A stretch of 64,000 bases of DNA from Amoebidium appalachense (Eukaryota > Protista > Ichthyosporea), in the NCBI GenBank assembly GCA_963693365.1, contig CAVNZM010000012.1:9180001-9244000 (forward strand), in the 5' to 3' direction. The notes under the pieces are model-generated. The model was given only the letters and a program-made list of their open reading frames with translations. It was not told where the DNA came from and made no database searches. Below, one piece after another: positions 1 through 15,234 of this stretch. Each line of letters opens with the position of its first letter. Position 1 is the stretch's first letter. The translations under genes and the position numbers were made by a program.

Positions 1-94
1 CTCACCACACCCTCGATCACAGCACAAATACATGCCCACCCATACATCCCCTTCACCACCCCTCTTACTTTCACGCACACACAGGTACAGGCAC

Positions 95-147
<53 letters not shown>

Positions 148-200
148 GCACGCACGCACGCACACACAGCACCCACGCACGCACGCACGCACGCACCCAC

Positions 201-1657
201 CTTCACGTGCAGATACCTCAGCTCCTTCATCTCTCTCCCCAACCGACCCAAACTGCATCTCTTTTTCGGCTCAATGACCAATCGAGTCACCCCGTCAATC
301 CATGGATGGTAGTCAATGGGGTTTTTGCACTCAAGAATCTCCAGATCGGTGAGATTACATGACCAGGCGCAGATTTTGAAGAGTGATTTGGTGTTTGGCA
401 TGAGCTCGGGGGGGAAACAGCCTGCATGAGGGGGATAGGGGGGAGCGAGGGAAGGAGAAGGAGGGGGGGGGGGGGGGGAGGAGGAGGAGGGGGTCAATGC
501 GTTGGTTTTAACTTTGTCAACCATGACTGCTGGTGATGGTTGGGGGGGGGGGGGGGGGGGGGGGGAGGAGGGGAGAGGGGGGGAGGGGGGGGGGGGGTTT
601 GAATGCGTCAAAAAGTACGAGGGGGGGAGTCTAATTGCTTTTGGGTGGATATAATTTTGGCTGATTTGATCCTAGAATTTGTTTTTGGGACCTAACGTCA
701 TAAAGAAAAGGCAAGTAGAGTTGTAGCAGAATGGCAGCGCTGGTATGCCGGCCGGCGGAGGGGATGGGGAAGGGAGGTGGGGTGTGTGTGTGCATGTGTG
801 TTGGGCGGGGAGGGGGGAGGGGGGTGGGATGAGGGAAGGGGCAGGCAGACAGAGCCAACAGCCAGTAGGGAAACAATGGAACACTTCCACACACACACAA
901 ATACCCCATGTGCGCCTTTTCATCTCCACTCCCCCCCCCCCCCCCCCCCCTTCCCCCTCCCTCCCCCCGGCGCACCCACCCACACCCACACACACTCATA
1001 CCCCATGCATGCCTTTCATCCCCTATGCCGTCACCTCCCCCCCCCCCCCCCCCCCCCCTCCCTCACACAAACTCACGCAACGCGCATGGCCTCTCATTCC
1101 CATCATCCTCCCACACCCACCTGTCAGCTTTGCCGACCTCAGGTGTGGCATGTTCCACGTTGGTTGCAGAAATATGCCCCCCATTTCGATTCGGGTCAGC
1201 TGGCTATCCGGCCCGACCACAGCAGTTAGATCTGGACCTCGCCGGTTGCCATATATGGAAATCGACTGCAGGTGGTGGAGAGATCCGGTGGTTGCTAAGC
1301 CCAAAAGAGCAAATCGCATGCTGTGGATGTCCGATCCGAGGGTGATGGATAGGTGGGTGCATCCCGATCGGGCCGATACGGCACACAGATCGGTAACTTG
1401 GTCCGTGGCAGACACGATCCAACTGGGAGACAGAGGGTAGGGTGAGAATACAAGAATGTTTGATATACTCTGGTAAGAAAACATACGTGGCATCTACATG
1501 CACAGAAACACACCAATAGACCGACATACCGACACACCGACACACACACACACACACACACACACATGCATACACAGGCACACTACAACACACATATACA
1601 TTGGCACACACACACAAAGTCATCACCCAAGTACACACAACCGCACGCACCAGGATA

Positions 1658-1695
<38 letters not shown>

Positions 1696-3335
1696 GGCAC
1701 GCACACACTTAATCGACTGGCACGCAACCTGCTCTCACACACTTGGCGCCTTCGGCCAGACAGACACATGTGCACGCAGCACACATACATTCACACACCC
1801 ACACCCTTGTCCACACCCAAACCCGCACCCATGCCTATGCCCCTGAACTCACCCCATATGACCCCCCCCCCCCCCCCGGGAAGAAGAAAAAGAGGGAAAA
1901 AAAAAGACACAACGGTAGACATGCGTGCACACACGCACATGATTATGTGCCTCGATTCTTGCCTGCTCCAAACAACCCCCTTTTCCCTCACTCCCTTCTA
2001 TGTCTTGAATATGTGCCTTTGAAACAGAGCGGTGACGAAAAAGGCGGGTGTGCGTGAGTGAAAGGGGGTTGGGGGCGGGGGGGGGAGGGGGGGCAAGTGG
2101 GAGACAGAAGGGGTCGGAGTGGGGAGTAGGGGGGGGGGGGGGGGGGGGGGGGGGGGTGTCAATATTGCATCACAGAGAACGAAGCAAACACTCCAGACGG
2201 TTAACATCTGCAATCTATCCAAAGCAGACACAAATAGCATCCACTTTTAGAAAAGGTGGGGGGGAGGAGGGGGAGGGGGGGGGGGGGGGTCCTTGAGCAT
2301 ACATTGATATCCAACCTCTTCAGGTGGTGGACACTAGCCACGGCAGTATTCAACTGTGTGTGGCCTGTAGGGTGAAACACAAGTGATGTGATGCCCTTTG
2401 ACTGCTTGCACATTGCATCGATGTTTGCGGTTGCATTGTAGATTTGAAGCACACGCAGGTGTGCAAGGTTGGTGGGTAGGACAATAGACTCGGTAACAGA
2501 GGATTCGAACCGAATCGATTGGTGCGCGAGGGATGCACATGTGGAAAGAAATGTCAAATTGGTGTCTGTCAGTAGGTGCACACTGGTGATGGTGATGTCC
2601 AAATGGCGCAATTTCGTGAATTTACGTATCGGACCCCACCTGAGCGGTATGATTGCAGCTTGCAAAAACCGTAAATTCGCTGCACTCTCGAGAAATTTCA
2701 GGTCGTGGTCGTGCTTGATTATGGTGGGCGTGAAGGGAAAGTCATAGTGTCTCCCCACGCGTGACAGGGCGCACCGGGTAAATTGCACGTTCCAACCCCC
2801 CCAAATGAATTTTCGTCGATGGCACAACTAGCCAATCATTCCCCGTGTAGTCCGTACCCACATTATTCAGTTGCACCCTGCTAATAATTGATTTCGGGGA
2901 TATATTTTCGGGAAAAAACACCTGGACCTCGTCGTTATTTCCAAGCGTATCTATGACCAGGGTGTGGTCTATCCCCGATATATCCCCAAACATGGCCAGC
3001 CCATTGTTGATTATCTCGTTCTCTGTCTCCAATTCCGCATATGTGTGGTAGATAACCTCTTTCACGTTGGGCAGGTGGGGCTTGAAGTTTGCTCGTAGGT
3101 AGTCTATAAGCTCAAGGGTTCCTGTGAAGAGGTAAAGGAGGAGCAGGGGGGAGGGGGGGGGGGGGGGGGGGGCGGCCGGTGAGGGGGGGGGGGGGGGGGG
3201 GGGGAATGGTGGGTTGGTATAGGGCAGTGTGTGGTATGGAAGAATGAGTTTTAGAACAAACACAGCATTATTGTGACACACTCCTTCTCTCCTCAATCCC
3301 CCCCCCCCCCCCCCCCCCCCCCACCATTCTTTTAT

Positions 3336-3380
<45 letters not shown>

Positions 3381-4573
3381 ACCCTCTCCTCACTACTCTA
3401 ACGCCTTCCCCTTCACCCTCCCCAAACATCATGCTCATTCTCTCCGCAATCCAGTTATGCTCACGTTCGTCTTGTATTATCCCTCCCCCCTCCCCCCCCC
3501 CTCACACACACACATACCCACCAAACAACTGAACTGTCTTCATCTATCATTTAGGCAGACCCCCCTTATCTCATCCTCTTCGCCAACTGTGAAGCAAGTT
3601 GATGCCCTCCCCCCTCCCTCCCCCCTTTCCCCCTCACCACCACCACCTTAAACACATCGCCATCTCTCCACCAACCAACCACCTACTTGCAACCACCCAT
3701 ACAACCGCCCACCCCCTCCCTCCCCCTGCATCTTCCACCCCTCAACCACCTACCCACAGTCCATCAGCAGTAAAACACGTATAAGCCACATTCCCACGCC
3801 TCCTCCCTATTTAACCCCATCACACCTACCATGCCACCATTCGACTAAACAACCTATGTCTGCCACCACCCCCCCCCTTCCCCCCCCCCCTCCCCCCTCC
3901 CCCCCCCTCCCCCCCCCCCTTCCCCCAGGCGTCCGCCTTCATCAATGCCCACCTAGACAACAAACGGGACCAGCCCAATGCACAACTCACCAAACCGTTT
4001 GGCAAAACCAAGCTTTAACAGCTGTAAGTGTTAACACAGTACACTCCAAGCCTCTAATAAGCAACACACCAGACCACTTGCTCTACCCTCCTAGCGATTC
4101 CAGCCTATCAGCACCGGTAACCCCCTTCCCCCTCTCCCCCCCCCCATCCCCCCCCCTCCCCCTCCCCCCCCCCCCCCCCCTGCCCCTCCCTGTTTCCCCG
4201 CCTCGGAAGACACACACTGACACATTTAGCCAACACAGCCCAGACACTCGCTGATAATAAAAGTTAGAGAGGGGGGCACACACATACCCTGTGTGTCTGT
4301 GGGTGGAGTGCCGATGTGTGGTGGTCTCCATTCAGGCTCAGCCGGGTTACACACGGCCCCCACACCCTTAAAGCATTCCCCACTAACAGGCAGTGTTCCT
4401 CTATCCACTTTACATGTGGGAGGATAGACAGTTGCAGCCCCCCCAGCCTCGGGTCTATTGCAAGGTTCTTTAAGTGGCGGCACACAGCACTCACTCTGAC
4501 CCGGTCACGTTGGGGGAGGAAGGAGAGCAGGTGGTGAAGTATATATCATCCGTCAGAGAGAGGAGGGTCGGGC
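201..4573 (-). pseudogene. Multi-exon F-box/LRR-like gene, frameshifted or mis-assembled, probably continuing left of base 201
   Basis: Exon-like blocks at about 4288-4573, 2292-3121, 1121-1422 and 201-421, most with GT/AG borders. The first reads PTLLSLTDD/ILHHLLSFLPQRDRVRVSAVCRHLKNLAIDPRL, an F-box consensus with a frameshift in an AT run near 4540. Later blocks have LxxLxI repeats (KLRHLDIT, HLRVLQI, HLKRLDI, HLQSISI, ELRYLHV). Exon phases do not all join. Confidence 0.55.
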
Positions 4574-4796
4574 CTGGGTGGAAGGAGGAGTGGGCGAGGT
4601 CAGTGGGTGGGCATACATGTTTATGTTTTAAAAGGATATGTGCGTATTCCACTACGGTCTCTTAAACGTGCAAAACAATGGCAATTAAAATACCTCCCCA
4701 CCCCTCCCCCTTCCCCCCCTCGGTGGGGCACACACCAAGAGGGAAAAAAAAAAAGAAGAAGAAAGAAACTGGAAGGAGGGAGGGGTTGGGTAGGCA

Positions 4797-4840
<44 letters not shown>

Positions 4841-5435
4841 AGACAATACGGAGGCATGATGTTTCAAGGAAAAGCCACACAGGGTGCGCGAGGAAACAAG
4901 GCTATGAAATAGAAAGCTGGTACAAACAGGAAAAACAGAAAAATACGAAGGATGAGGTTAGGCGCAACTGACCCTTAACAGGGAGACGGCAAGAAAGAGT
5001 GTGGAAAAGTGTCAAGTGCAACGGTAGGAGGGAAAAAAATAAGGGGGGAGGGGGTTGATGGTGATGGTGCCTAGGAATGGATTCGACAGTGTGTGTGTGT
5101 GTGTGGGGGGGGGGGGGGGGAGGGGGGGGGGGGGGAAGGGACAGAGGATAGAGGGAGAGGGGGGGGGGGAAGGAGGGGGGGAAGGGGGGGGGGGGGGGAG
5201 GAGGGGGGGGGGGCGGAGGGGAGAGAGAGAACGAGAGAGAGCGAGCGAGAGAGAGAGAGAGATGGAGAGGGGGGGGAGGGGGGGTTTGAATGCGGAACAC
5301 GGTACGAAGTACGCATACACGATGAGAAGCACGGTGCAGGACACATGCAAAGGCAAACATTCAAGTATGCAACATCAGCCATGCGCACAGTATGCGTCAT
5401 AAGCAGAGCCCGTCCTCAGGGAGGGCCCAAGTCGT

Positions 5436-5692
<257 letters not shown>

Positions 5693-7133
5693 GGATGTGA
5701 GTGTGTGTCTAAACGTGTGTGTGTATAAATGCGTGCTTGTGCGTGTAGTTTTAGCCCACAGGAATGCACAACGAGCCAAGAGTCGTGAGCAAACCGAAAC
5801 CAGCAAAAAGACTCCTTCCTGCGTAGTGGAAGGAGTGTGTACAACCGAGGTTTCCTATCCACGGGTGTAATTCTGGAAGCCTCGGGTGTAATTCTGGAAA
5901 CCTCGGGTGTACCTGGTGTGGACGCCCTGACCTGCATGCATATGGTGACCCGAGTTGCCGCTCACAAGAACCTCGGGTGTGCGTACGGTCAGACGGTGTA
6001 CCCTGTACCCCTGGTATCAAAACGATGTCTGCTACTGGTACAACCTGGCACGTACTGACAGTACCTGGGCTGCTATGAACTTGCCGCGTGCATGCTTTCT
6101 CTCGCGGCGGCTCTACGGTCCCGAGAGTCCAGTGTTCGCTGTGTGTGTAAGGAAAAATACGAGTCACCTCAGTAGGTGACAGTGGTACAACATGCGACAG
6201 CCCAGGCCGCTTCAAAGAAATTATTGCGCATACGCACACATGCACACACGCTGTGGCACACACACACACACACGCTATGGTAGACACACACGCACGCGCG
6301 CGCGCGAGTGTCGCACGTACAGCGCACGTACACACAAGCGCACGTGCGCACCCACACCCACACGCACACTGTCACGCCACACGCATACATGCACGCACAC
6401 AGGCATGCACGCACACACACACACACACACACGCACGTGCACACTTCTTTAGCAAAGCTTCACAAAAGCACGCCTCATCGCTTTTTTGAAAGGCCCGAGC
6501 TCACCTTGCTTTGACTTTGTCCGAATGGGGTGTGCTTCTCACCAGTAGGCTATCCTCATCTTCAAGTTCAATGCCGTGCATAATAGTGGGTACATGTGCA
6601 CATCTCACGCACCAACCCTAATACGCAATGACGTGTTGCCGCACGTGCGACGTTATACATCTACGCACACAAACACCGCAAGTAACACAAAAGCTCTAAC
6701 GTCTTGATCCTTGAAAGATCACACAAAACCCACGCACAAGAAGAAGTGCGTACACTCGTACTGGTTGTACGCCTCGTGCAAGCACGCCGGAAACAGACAC
6801 TTGACAAACAAGAGAAGGAGTGAACGGGGCGACTGCAAGCACAGGTTTTTGGTGGGGGAAGAGCTAGTTCAACAGCTATACACTGTCAGTTCCCGGCTTC
6901 CCTCCGCCCATACACACACACTCAACTCAATGGCGACATTTGCACATCTAGCTCTAGAGGGGGAGTTTTCCTTTTTTATTATCGACAGGTAGATATTGAG
7001 CTGTAATGAGATGCCGGCACCAAGGCCAACAGTGCTTCCACTCAAACGGGTATATATGTAAATAACGACTTACAGGATAGCTAGTATGCACTGTATATAT
7101 ATGTGGAGGTTTCTTTTTTCTTCTTCTTTTCCT

Positions 7134-7166
<33 letters not shown>

Positions 7167-7199
7167 GTTGTCTGGCTCGGCGCAGGCCGCGGATCGGCG

Positions 7200-7320
7200 A
7201 GGCATCGCGAACCAATCATCGTGAGATGGATGCTGATTGGCTACAACCCATGTGACTGTGGGTGAGCGAAGAGCCAATCAGAACAGATAAAGTTTTATTT
7301 TTTGCTAGGGGGAACCAATC
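7200..7320. promoter_or_regulatory. Cluster of CCAAT boxes between the divergent F-box-like and aspartate kinase genes
   Basis: CCAAT at 7212, 7274 and 7315, and ATTGG at 7236, next to a CpG-rich patch upstream of the ATG at 7971. Confidence 0.35.
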
Positions 7321-7970
7321 GCATCAATTACAAATCAAAAACATATTTAAGTTGTTGTACATTTAAATATTACAAAAAACTGTTTAATTTGCTGCAGGTC
7401 ATGCGGTCAGATGTCTCAATGATTGCCAGAATGTTTCTGTTTACTGTTATATGTCGGCCATTTACACATGGCATTAACGTATATTCAGGGAAACTGCTGT
7501 TCAAAAATTATTATTTTTATAATGCTAAGCTTATTGTGCTTAATTTACCTTTTTCTAATTGTCTACAAAACAAGTGCTACTGATATTTACCAGCAACATG
7601 TGCAAATCCAAATCGTCAATACAGGAATCCGGTGAACCGTTCTCATTGGCCCACACCCAGATCCCAGCATCCAGTCACACCAAACCTGGCCGCTTTTCCA
7701 GAACGAAAAGCACCGCCTGAGTCAGAGCCATGAGCCAAAACCACATGCACACAGGAGAAAAACGAAGTTCGTCAACGTGTGTGTACATAATTGCATAGCG
7801 GAAGGTTTCAGAGGATCAGGCCAGAAAGAGGTTTTAGGCTTTCGGCTCAGATAGTGCTTGTTTTCGTGTCCTCTCCTCAACTCCTTTGGCAGTGCGCACT
7901 GCAACAAAACACCCCGATCTACAGACGATCACAGACACGATCACACAATTGTCAACACATAGCAGCCACA

Positions 7971-9180
7971 ATGCCTCCCTTGCCCAGCAGCATAGTTCGG
8001 AGCGCCACTCCCGTGCCCATGGACCATGAAGAAAAGTACATGCGCCCACTGCCGGACAGGTGAGACGGGTGGGAGGAGGGGGGGAGGGGGAGGGGGGGGG
8101 GGGGGGGGGGGGAAGAGGGGGAAGGGAGGGGGAGGAGGGAGGGGCTTCCTGTGCATCTCTCTGGTTTGGTGCGTGTGGGTTGATCCGTGAGAGCTGATGG
8201 TCATATGGTCATTGCAATCATCACCTACCATTCTAAATTCATATATGCGGGACAGTTTTTGTTCACCTGTCTATGCTCTCCTTCTTCCTGTCTCTAATCA
8301 CATCTTGCTTGGAGCTTTCTTAATCTTGAGGCGGCCATGCCATTTTTTTCGTTTTATTTGAAATGGTGGGGAAAGCGCACGGGACTTCAGTGTGCTGCGT
8401 GTGGGGTTGGTGATTGGATGAGTGGCATGTGTGTGCATGTTTGCGTTGGGCAGGTGTGTGTGTGCGCGTGTTTGGATGCAGGCGGTGGGTGGTAGGGGAG
8501 GAATGTTTCGGGTGATAGTGCTGGTGGGAACCCAAGATGGGGGGAGGGGGGGGGGGGGGGGTATAGGGGGGAGGGGGCAGGGCTTAGATCATGGAAGGTC
8601 AATTGAGGCGGTAGGGTTAGGGCTTTGAGAGATCTGGTGCTGAATTTCTCTCTTTCCAGGCGGGTGGTGGTGCAGAAGTTTGGCGGCACGAGCGTAGGCA
8701 CAGGCAAGAACATGCTACAGATAGTCGACATAGTCAAGTGAGTGGAGAGAAAGGGGGGAGGGGGGGGGGGGAGGAGGGGAGGTGTGAATGTGTGAGGGGC
8801 TGGATAGATGGTGTGACTACTAGCTGGTGACTACTAGCTAAGGGACGGGGGGGCATTGGGTATTGGGAGGAGGAAGAGGCGCGCTGAGGTCTGGAGGTAG
8901 GCTGGTGGTGGGAGACATTGTTGCTGAGGTGAAGGGAGAAAGGTGGGGGTGGGCTGGGAGCCACGGGGGATCCGTGAGAGGAAGTTGACGGGTATGGGTA
9001 GGGGGATGGAGGTGGAAGGGGGGTTTGATGGGAGTGGGGGAGTGGGGGGGTGGGGGCGGTGCAGGGTGGCTACCTCAAAAAGAATCTGCCCAATTTGATT
9101 TCAAAGGATATGATTGGCTAAAGAGGTGATTAGTAAAAGAATGCTACGAGATGCACGTGTGTGTGGGGTGGTAGCGTACC

Positions 9181-9211
<31 letters not shown>

Positions 9212-9571
9212 GGGGCACAGGGGTGAGGTGGGGGGTTGTTGGTTATTGTTTGAAATGCACACAAGTAACCTATGCACGCCTGAATGAAATACACACTGCC
9301 CAGACACATGCACATACGCGAGTGCACACATTGCATGCATGCACACAAATACCGCAACTCCACTTTGCAACGGTTGCAAACACAAACAATACACACGCAG
9401 GCATACACACACACATGAGCGCACACACTTGCGCTTGCGATACACACAAGCACGTATATACAAGCAGGTACACACGTACGCACACACAAACGCACACACA
9501 CACAAACGCACATGCTTGCGCGCGCATGTGTGATACACGCAAGCATGCACATGCAGGTGCACCCACGCGCC

Positions 9572-9627
<56 letters not shown>

Positions 9628-10927
9628 CTGACGCCCGCCACCAGGGCCACCCTTGAGCACTCCAACCCCATCGTAGTTGTGTCTGCCCTCAGCAGCAGAG
9701 TCAAAGCCGACGGCACCACCACAAGGTGTGTGAATGGTTCTGGAACACGTGCACGTGGCAACATTATCGCAATAACGTGCATTTTTCTTGTGTTCATACG
9801 TTATGCCTGAACAATGAATGGTGCAAAGAAACTAGGGAAGAAGAACTTTGCATGGGTGACGGGGGTAGGTTGAGGGGAGGGGGGGGGGGGGAAGGGGGGG
9901 TTGTCAGAGACGGTTTCCTTGTCATCATGTTATGGTGTGTTCACATATCTTCCAAGTTCGCATGTGCCCTCTCTCTAGAATCCCTACATCCTGAGTGCGC
10001 AGTTTCTTTAGGGGCAGGTCACACGATATATACACCAATCCAGTTATAAACTCTCCACCACATTTGCACGTAAAATCGAAGCCACCCTGCTGTTTCGACA
10101 TAGACCTTAATTAAGTGTTTCCACTTTTTACACCTATGTTTCCCTCGTGCTCACATGTACTTGTGTTTGCGCAGGTTGCTTAAGGCGGCACAGATGGCCG
10201 TAGAGCACGACATGGTCAGTGTGAAGAAACTACTCAACATGATCAAGACAACACACATAGTGGCCATACACGATGCCATGGGCGATACGGTATGTAACCG
10301 TGGGTGGGGTGGATGGGGATGTGTGTGTGGGTTGGGGGGGGGGGGGGGGGGGGGGATGTTTGCAAGGGTGTGGTAGTGTAGGTGGGATATACTTGGGGGA
10401 GTGTGTTATGGTTCGGTGCAGACACACACACACACATGCAACCTATGCACACAAGTAATGCAACCCATAAACCCTCTGCAAGTATATATACACCTACACG
10501 CACACACACACACACACTCACACACTCACATACTCACGACACACATACACAACTCCTGGTACGGACCAAATATGTTTTGCAACTGCGACACGCGGAGACA
10601 CACTGCTAGCAGGTTCAAGAGAAAGTGGATTCCTTTGTTAGACTTGTGTATGAGCAAGAACGTACACCTTTTTTTGTCGGACGCATATACGCCACAAACC
10701 CTTACGTGCCTATAACACACTTATAATTGTTGGTTCAATATGACTGACTATCGTGCCCCATTTGTGACCTATAAACAAACAAATCACTCTCCAAGGGTGC
10801 CCCAGATAAACACGCCCCTCTCACGCACACACAATTAATTGCTCACAATTAATTCAATGCACACCAGCACACACTTTTATTGCTCATGCCTCAAATGCAC
10901 ATACAACTGCATGCACACACACACACG

Positions 10928-10981
<54 letters not shown>

Positions 10982-12109
10982 CGGAGGGTGCCACACTTCA
11001 GCACGATATTAGCGAAGACATCGACAACCTGTTGCAGTTCCTCACCGCCATCCAGGTGAGTGCACGTGCAACACACACCACTTCAACACGTGCATGTGCA
11101 CGCACATTCCTTGAACACATACACGTGCACACACACCACTTCAACAACGTGCATGTGCACACACCTCTTGAACCCATGCATGTGCACACACCTCTTGAAC
11201 CCACACCATTTGTTACCACAAGCACATATGAATGCCGATGCATATGCTGAATATGTGCACGCGCTAGCCCGTACCCATGCACAAGTAAACATAAGGTTAC
11301 CCGTGCTCCCACACGTAGCGCACGTGCACACCAAGCGAAATCTCTGATTTGTTACGACTTGTACGCATACATTCACAGACACACACACGCACATACTGCA
11401 AGGCAACCCAGATTCAAACCATGACCTTGAGAGTGCAGTTTCAATGCACAATTTCAGGAGGTTATTCGGTTTCCCTTTTCCTCCCCCCCCCCCCCTCTTC
11501 CCCCACCGCAACCCCCGCTGCTACCCCATTCGGTCCCACTCACCGTGTGCTCTTGTTCTGCAGAAGGAGGAGGACACCTACCTGCACACACACACACACA
11601 TGCACGCACATGGAGTCTGTTTCCCGGTCATGTTTGCTACCCATCGTCACCTCGCACATGCCATGGTCCGGCAAAATTGTTATTTTTCTAAAAATGGGCA
11701 CGCATACCCCTGCTAACTTTAACGAGTGCAGGTGATTGGTGAATCGTTCGTTTACTTCTATTGGTACCAAATATGGGTGTTTTGTTACTCTTGCTGACTT
11801 TCACGGCTGCAGGTGATTGGTGAGTTGTCACCGCGGTCGGTTGATGCGGTCATTGGTGTGGGGGAGAGTCTGTCTGCTAAGGTCCTGGCCGCAATCATGC
11901 GCCACCAGGTGTGTGTGTGTGTGTGGGCGTGGGGGTGTGCATGTGCATGTGCATGTGTGTGTGTGTGTGGAAGGGGTTGGAGGAACGTGTGTGTGGAGGG
12001 GGGGAGGGGATTGGAGAATGGTGTTGGACTTAATCAAGCAGGGTGACTATAGATGGGGTCAATCTGGTTATGGAGAGGAAGCTGGGTGGTTAGGTTGGGT
12101 TGTTGGGTC

Positions 12110-12140
<31 letters not shown>

Positions 12141-13577
12141 GTTCTTTTTGGGAGGGGGGAGGGGGGGGGGGGGGGGGTCGTTGTTCTACCGCTGTTCTTT
12201 TGTGTTTGACCCCTTAGCCAGATACAGATGCACAAACACACGAGTGCACACACACACACAAGCGGAAGCACAGCCACAGCCACAAAAACACTCGCCCGTC
12301 CATCCCCCTCCCCACATCCATACAAAACAAACGTTGCACATCCCTCCTCCCTCCCTTTCTCCATTTCTTCCCCCCCCCCCCCCCCCCCCCTTCAAAAAAA
12401 AATATAAAAAATTGGGGGCCCCACATCCCCAACTTGTCGTCCCATATATCCACTAACATTGCTCCCCCCTGCAGGGAGTTGATGCCGTGTGTGTGGACCT
12501 CTCTACGATCATGGACAGGGGGCTGTCCCCCAAGGACCTCTATGGGGACCTCAGGGGACTCATGGCAGATAGGGTGGGGGCTGAGGTCAACAGGAGGGTG
12601 CCGGTAGTCACCGGTAGGTTCTAGAACAATACGTCATACCATAGCTCAAGCAGACGGAATAATATATGGTAGTCACGTGGGCTGCTGCATGCACACACAT
12701 ACTCTTTATGCAGACACACTTGTAGAGACAGTAAGATAGCACACATGCACACATTACTCACACACATTTTGCAGGCATGTACACACACATTCATGCACGC
12801 ATCTTACTCATGTGCACAATTACTCGTGCACACACACACGCATCATTCATGCAATGCACATTATTCATGCCCACCCAAGTAAGCACATGCATATGAGTTG
12901 TTCGTACTATCAAAATATTAGACAAAACACACACCTCTATCGACCTTCTATAAACCCCCACATTGGAAGATCGTCTACAGTTACATAGATCAATATTCCA
13001 TGGCAGAGAAGAAGGGAATGATGATTTTATAGGGGTGAGCTGACGTTTTTGGCTGCAGGCTATTTTGGGGAGGTGCCTGGGGGCATGTTGCAAGTCGTGG
13101 GCCGTGGATACACAGGTGGGTGACCCTCATTTGTTGTTTTGTTTTTTTGTTTTTTGTTTTTTTTTTTGGAGGGGGGGGGGGGGGCATTCCAGTTTAATTG
13201 GGTGGATGGGCTACTTTTTTGTGTTGCATGTGTGGTTGTGTCGTGGTGGATGCAAGTGATCAAGGACACGAGGATGGGTTTGCTGGGTAAACACTAGGAA
13301 TCTATTTGTTAGAAGTACCCGTATCTGCATGTGTACAGGTGTGTATGTAGTATGCATCTGTGCGAACTGTGTATGTGTTTGTGTGTGTGTGTGTGTGTTT
13401 GTGTCTGTGTTTGCGCAATATCTCCCTTGCTGTGCATCTACCCCACCCTGTACCCACATGGCTTAACCACCCATCCCCCCAGACCTGACTGCAGCCATGA
13501 TAGCTGCGGAGCTGCAGGTGAATGAATTGCAGCTGTGGAAGGAGGTGGACGGCATATTCAGTGCGGACCCGGTAGGC

Positions 13578-13625
<48 letters not shown>

Positions 13626-13969
13626 ACCTCCCACACCACCTCCCTCGTGCCCGGCAGAGCGGTCGCCTACCACCATTAGGGTGAACTTGCATGTGTTGCA
13701 TGACAGCAGAACCCACTTAATTTGACCTTTCTCTGATGTTTTCATGCCATCACCCACACCGATGCACCTACCATGTACCTAGCACGACGATAGGGTCAAA
13801 GTCATGCCATGGATATTTGGGGAATGGGCTCCTACTGTGCATTCATGCAACACATTAGGCATATTCCCACCTGTCCACACATACCCCCCCTCCTCCCCAC
13901 CCATTCCCCCTCCCCCCTTCCTCCTCTACCCTTTCACCTCCTTACTCTAAACCACTCGTAACCCCCTCC

Positions 13970-14004
<35 letters not shown>

Positions 14005-14045
14005 ACCACCCCCCACACACACACACACACCACCACCACCACCAC

Positions 14046-14081
<36 letters not shown>

Positions 14082-14467
14082 CCCATTTCCTTTATCCTTT
14101 CACGTTCCTCCTCTCGGTGACCAATGGTCCCCCCTCCTACCCTCTTTCCCCACCACCACCACCACACACACACAAAAAAAACAAATTACCCACACCATGC
14201 TGACACGGTACCCCATGCAGCGTAAAATCAAGTCAGCCAAGGTGCTGAGCAAGATAGCGCCGGAGGAGGCAGCCGAGCTGTCGTGGTTCGGGTCTGAGGT
14301 GATCCACCCGTTCACCATGGAGCACGTAGTAAAGGCAAATGTGCCCATCCGCATCAAGAACACCCTCAACCCACAGGGGGAGGGCACAATCATCAGACCA
14401 GAGCCACCGTGCACACCCCACACACACAGCACACACGCACATAACAGGTATGTAGGAGTGTGTGGTT

Positions 14468-14502
<35 letters not shown>

Positions 14503-14904
14503 CCTCCGGCAAAAGAAAAAAAAAAAAAAAAAAAAAAAACTCGATCTCTCCTTCTGACGCTTTTTCCTGCCTCTCACTACCCTAGCCGCAGCCAGCATTC
14601 ACAACACAACAGTGTTCCTGAAAAGTGCGCTCTTTCCTATGCCCAATTAAAGGCGTTAACGGCAGATAACTCATACTGGAGCCAAACGTGTGTGGTGAAG
14701 ATATATATACCAGCAAGTTGAGAAAGTGGCTTCGTTGGATTGAAGGTCTGCCCAAAAAAAAAACACTTTATCTTTCTTGCCTCCTCATTGTTTCCACAAC
14801 CGCATGGATTTTGCTTCCCGTATCCCCCCCTCCCCCCCCCCCCCCCCCCCGCGGCCCCCGGCCCCGTCTCTCTGTACAAGTACGTTAACCCACCCACCCA
14901 CCTG

Positions 14905-14945
<41 letters not shown>

Positions 14946-15203
14946 ACAGCCGGCCCACAGCCGTGACGGTCAAGGACGAGGTGTCAGTGATCAGCATCCA
15001 CTCCAACAGCCGCATGGCAGCACATGCGTTCAGCGCCAAGGTGTTTGCGGTGGTGCACAGCCACCAGCTAGACGTGTGCATGGTGTCCACAAGCACCGTG
15101 TCCATCTCCCTGTGTGTGGCCAATGGCCACCGCATCAATGCCTGTCTCGACGACCTGAGGGCTCTGGGTAATGTACGTGTCCGACCCCTTCCCCCCTCCC
15201 CCC

Positions 15204-15234
<31 letters not shown>

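Noticed and set aside
5861-5912. Two and a half copies of the 21-bp unit CGGGTGTAATTCTGGAA(G/A)CCT inside ORF 5751-6335
   Set aside because: Short local tandem repeat with no spacers and no recognisable protein.
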